From contig NC_081332.1 of NCBI RefSeq assembly GCF_022539665.2, forward strand, positions 7,750,001-7,814,000: 64,000 nucleotides of DNA. The letters are read 5' to 3'. The stretch comes from Daphnia carinata (Eukaryota). Shown here piece by piece: positions 61,139 through 64,000 of this stretch (position 1 is the first letter of the stretch; each line of letters opens with the position of its first letter). The translations under genes were made by a program, and so were the position numbers. The notes beneath the pieces are model-generated. The model saw only the letters and a list, made by a program, of their open reading frames with translations. It was not told where the DNA came from and searched no databases.

Positions 61139-61375
61139 ATGGAGCCATTCGAATATAGATATGTTTTTCAGTATCGCTCTCTGGTTGATATAGCACTGTG
61201 GTGTGTTGATCGTTCCATTTTTTCTTCTCCCGAAAGCCTTTTCCGGAGGTTCCGTACGGAAGATCAGAGCTTTTTCCTTAGCATTTTTCGAATGGCCTTT
61301 GATATGCCGGATGCTCCACCCCGTGATTTCGGGTATCAGCGCCCTTGGATTAATGATTATTATTATCTGTACTAG
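61139..61375 (+). CDS. 78-aa antisense ORF similar to exon 1 of the Gypsy-B antisense gene
   Basis: Ungapped alignment to ORF 36608-36835 with 19/74 identities, including FxRFxxxDxxxFLxI and PWxxDYYY. Confidence 0.65.
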   Translation: MEPFEYRYVFQYRSLVDIALWCVDRSIFSSPESLFRRFRTEDQSFFLSIFRMAFDMPDAPPRDFGYQRPWINDYYYLY

Positions 61376-62399
61376 TATATGGCGGCCCGTCCCAGGACGG
61401 TAATAGGTGAAGTCTAGTATTAAGTGTCTGCTTTCGTTTTCTCCCTGCCTGCAGCTTCCCCCCCTTCTTCACCCTCGGCTCACGATTTGCCATCCGTCTG
61501 CTTTTTCATACTGACTGCAATTTTATTCCAGTCCTTTTAAGTTCGAAAAATAAATGTTGAACTCTTGCCGGTGGCAGTTGGAAATATTGTTGAGGTTTTC
61601 GAACCTTACTCCAAGTATTTGAATGTCATGCGGTTCCTATTCGACCAATGGTAAGAGGTACGGAAAAGGAGAAAGCAAAATGTTAAGCCTAGCCAGAGTC
61701 AGTTGAAGTTTTTACTTCGTTTGTGTTAGAAATTCTTAAACAACTTGTTCTTTGTTATCTGATGATGGGTCAAGAACGAATCGGCAAACGAACGATCAGT
61801 CGTCAGTTGGACAACAACGTTGATTTAGCATTAGGCTGATGAAATTGCAAAAGCTTCTGTTTAGAAATCGTACTTATTGAAGTTTAACATGTCCCCTTCT
61901 CGTAGGTGAACAATTTCCGAAATCCACTGTAAAATGCCAATTGGGTCGGGAGCGTAAACGTTACCTGAAGCAATACTGCAATAATCGAAAATAAAATGAG
62001 AATACTGGATGTTGTCACTTGCTCGATTGTGAACCCTGTTAAAAGAAATGTTGACAGTCAAGAGCTTGCAGCTAAATGTTTAACTCGTTGACTGCTGATA
62101 TGCACCTCAAACGTAAGACATCGTTGCTCTAGAAGGCATAATAGTTCCAGAAGATTTAATTTCTCTGCCGTGTAATTGAAAACAAAGCGTGATTGTAAAA
62201 TTTTCAGCGAGCACATGAATGTAACGTGTCACTTGTTGATATGAATTTGTAAGTGAGTTTGCAAATTTCAGATATTCGCCATTAGTTTTGAAATATAGGC
62301 AGTGTCCTATTATGGAACTACAACATCATTGTTAAAATGGAATGGATCTGGAGATGCAGCTAGTTTTTTTTTTTTTTTTTTTTTTTTAATTTGTTTTTA

Positions 62400-64000
62400 A
62401 TTTATTTTTTATCAATTTCCATTCAATAAGGTACCTGTTGAATAATAAATATTGCAAGCTTTAAGTCAAATGTGATTTGTTGAGTGCTTCGAAACTGCGA
62501 GTTAGACATTTCTTTTGGTTGATCAGCAGTCCATCCTCGCGCAGCTTTTCACTTTGAAAGTTGCGAATGAAAGTATGCTTCAGAAATTTGCAGGATGCAA
62601 CTCAAACATATGCTTCGTTTGTTCACCTGTAAACAGGAGAAAATTTGATCTTCAGATTAAGCCACCGTCTTCTTTTTAATCTTAACAACAGTCACATAGA
62701 GAATGAAAACAATAACGCATGTTAAAATAGAACTGAAGTGATAAATGCAGATCCCCTTCATCTGGGGGACGTTAAAAAACGGAATGCTGTTGGTTAAGAG
62801 TAGCGCACTTGTTGAGTGGTATGCTGTGCATGTTTAAATGAGCTATTTGTTGACAGAGGCACGGAAAGCTTTATGTCATATGTGACTGGTTGAATGCTTT
62901 GTACGTATGACTTTCAAATTTCTTGCGGTTTATTGGTGGTTTAGCTTAGCTTAGTTTAGGCATCCTTTTGGGCGAGCGCAGAAGTCAAAGAAAACTGTCC
63001 CTGGTTGAAACGCAGATCCTTATGTGTTGGTTACGTGGCAGTCACTCTTGTCACCCGGAAGTTCAACCAATTCTGTACAAATGTAATTGAGGCCTTCGAT
63101 GAAATGGCATACACAGTTTGCTGAGGAGTGCACTGCAGAATAGAGATCTAGCCGCAGAATGCTATCAGCTGTTCCAGTGAAAAACTTCGGTGAACAACAG
63201 AAATACAAAAAATATTTGGTAAAAAACGTTTAACACAACCAGTTAATAGCTATAGTGAAAATGCACAGTGCCTTCGCCAGCAAGGTTTGAAAAAATTGAA
63301 CGTTGTTGGTTGAGGTTGGTGGAACTTGTTGAATGCTAAAATCCGGACGTTTTAATGAGGCAACTGTTGACAAATGAACACAGAAAGCTTTAAATCAAAG
63401 GTGATTTGTCTAGTGCTTTGCACCTTTGAGTTTGAAATTTGTTTTCATTAATCATCAGTCTGAACTGGAACGGATATGGAGAGCCCTATCCCATGTACTG
63501 GTTTGACAAAGTTGAACGCCGTTGTTTGATTTAGCGGAAGTTGTCAAATGCCAACCTCTCCACGTTTCAGTGAGGCACCTATTAGCAAATAACCAGAGGT
63601 AGCTATAAATAAAATGTCACTTGTTGAGTGCTTGACACCTGTGAATTTGGTATTTCTTTTAGTTGATCAACAGTCCGTCTTCGCGTAGCTCTTCACTTCG
63701 AAAATTGCAAATGGAGTGTGCCTGTGAAAATTGCAGTATGCAACTCAACGAATTCTCCATCTGTAAACATGAGAACATGTGTGATCTTCAAATTAAAAAA
63801 ACGATTTTTTGAAAACGTAAACAACAGCCAAACGGTAAACCAAAACCACAAATTATGTTGAGAAAGAACTGAAGCGGAAGTGTATATCCTTTACCTGGAT
63901 GGGTTGGCAAAGTTAAACTCTGTTGATTGAGGATGGTGGAGCTCATGCCAACATCTGCACGTTTCAATGAGGCACCTGTTAATAAGTAACTACTGAAAGC
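62400..64000 (-). other. Degenerate exon/intron-like sequence with a diverged internal duplication (~62420-62760 versus ~63560-63900)
   Basis: Alignable blocks about 1.14 kb apart, plus a further partial copy at 63945-63990. Splice-like signals on the minus strand, with stops in the frames. Confidence 0.45.

Noticed and set aside
62349..62362. TGGAGATGCAGC resembling the tRNA-Ala PBS
   Set aside because: It lacks the TGG start, has no adjacent LTR and is on the opposite strand; likely chance.

Overview
Eukaryotic heterochromatin-like window. An arthropod, probably Daphnia-like, origin is inferred from the ~60-70 bp introns, the ABAT/AIFM1 fragments and the element types. About 21 kb (roughly 300 copies) of a 70-bp AT-rich satellite is split into seven blocks by insertions: a 5'-truncated DIRS1-like tyrosine-recombinase retroelement (2129-6381); a 12-kb Gypsy with a class-III-like env remnant (Gypsy-A, 11160-23155); a composite DNA-transposon-like segment with intron-containing ABAT and AIFM1 fragments (25469-30595); a Gypsy with integrase fused to an F-like env (Gypsy-B, 35831-44495); a gag-only LTR element (~46436-49434); a Copia (50931-55871); and the 3' part of an LTR element with an ankyrin-repeat ORF (from 58997). 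All six retroelements lie on the minus strand. Three signals stand out. (1) Gypsy-B has a two-exon ANTISENSE gene whose first exon aligns without gaps (19/74 identities) to an antisense ORF in the ankyrin element, suggesting a conserved accessory gene family. (2) A 61-bp frame-restoring GT-AG intron sits inside the Copia gag. (3) All retroelements share one orientation. Every pol-bearing element here has disabling lesions.
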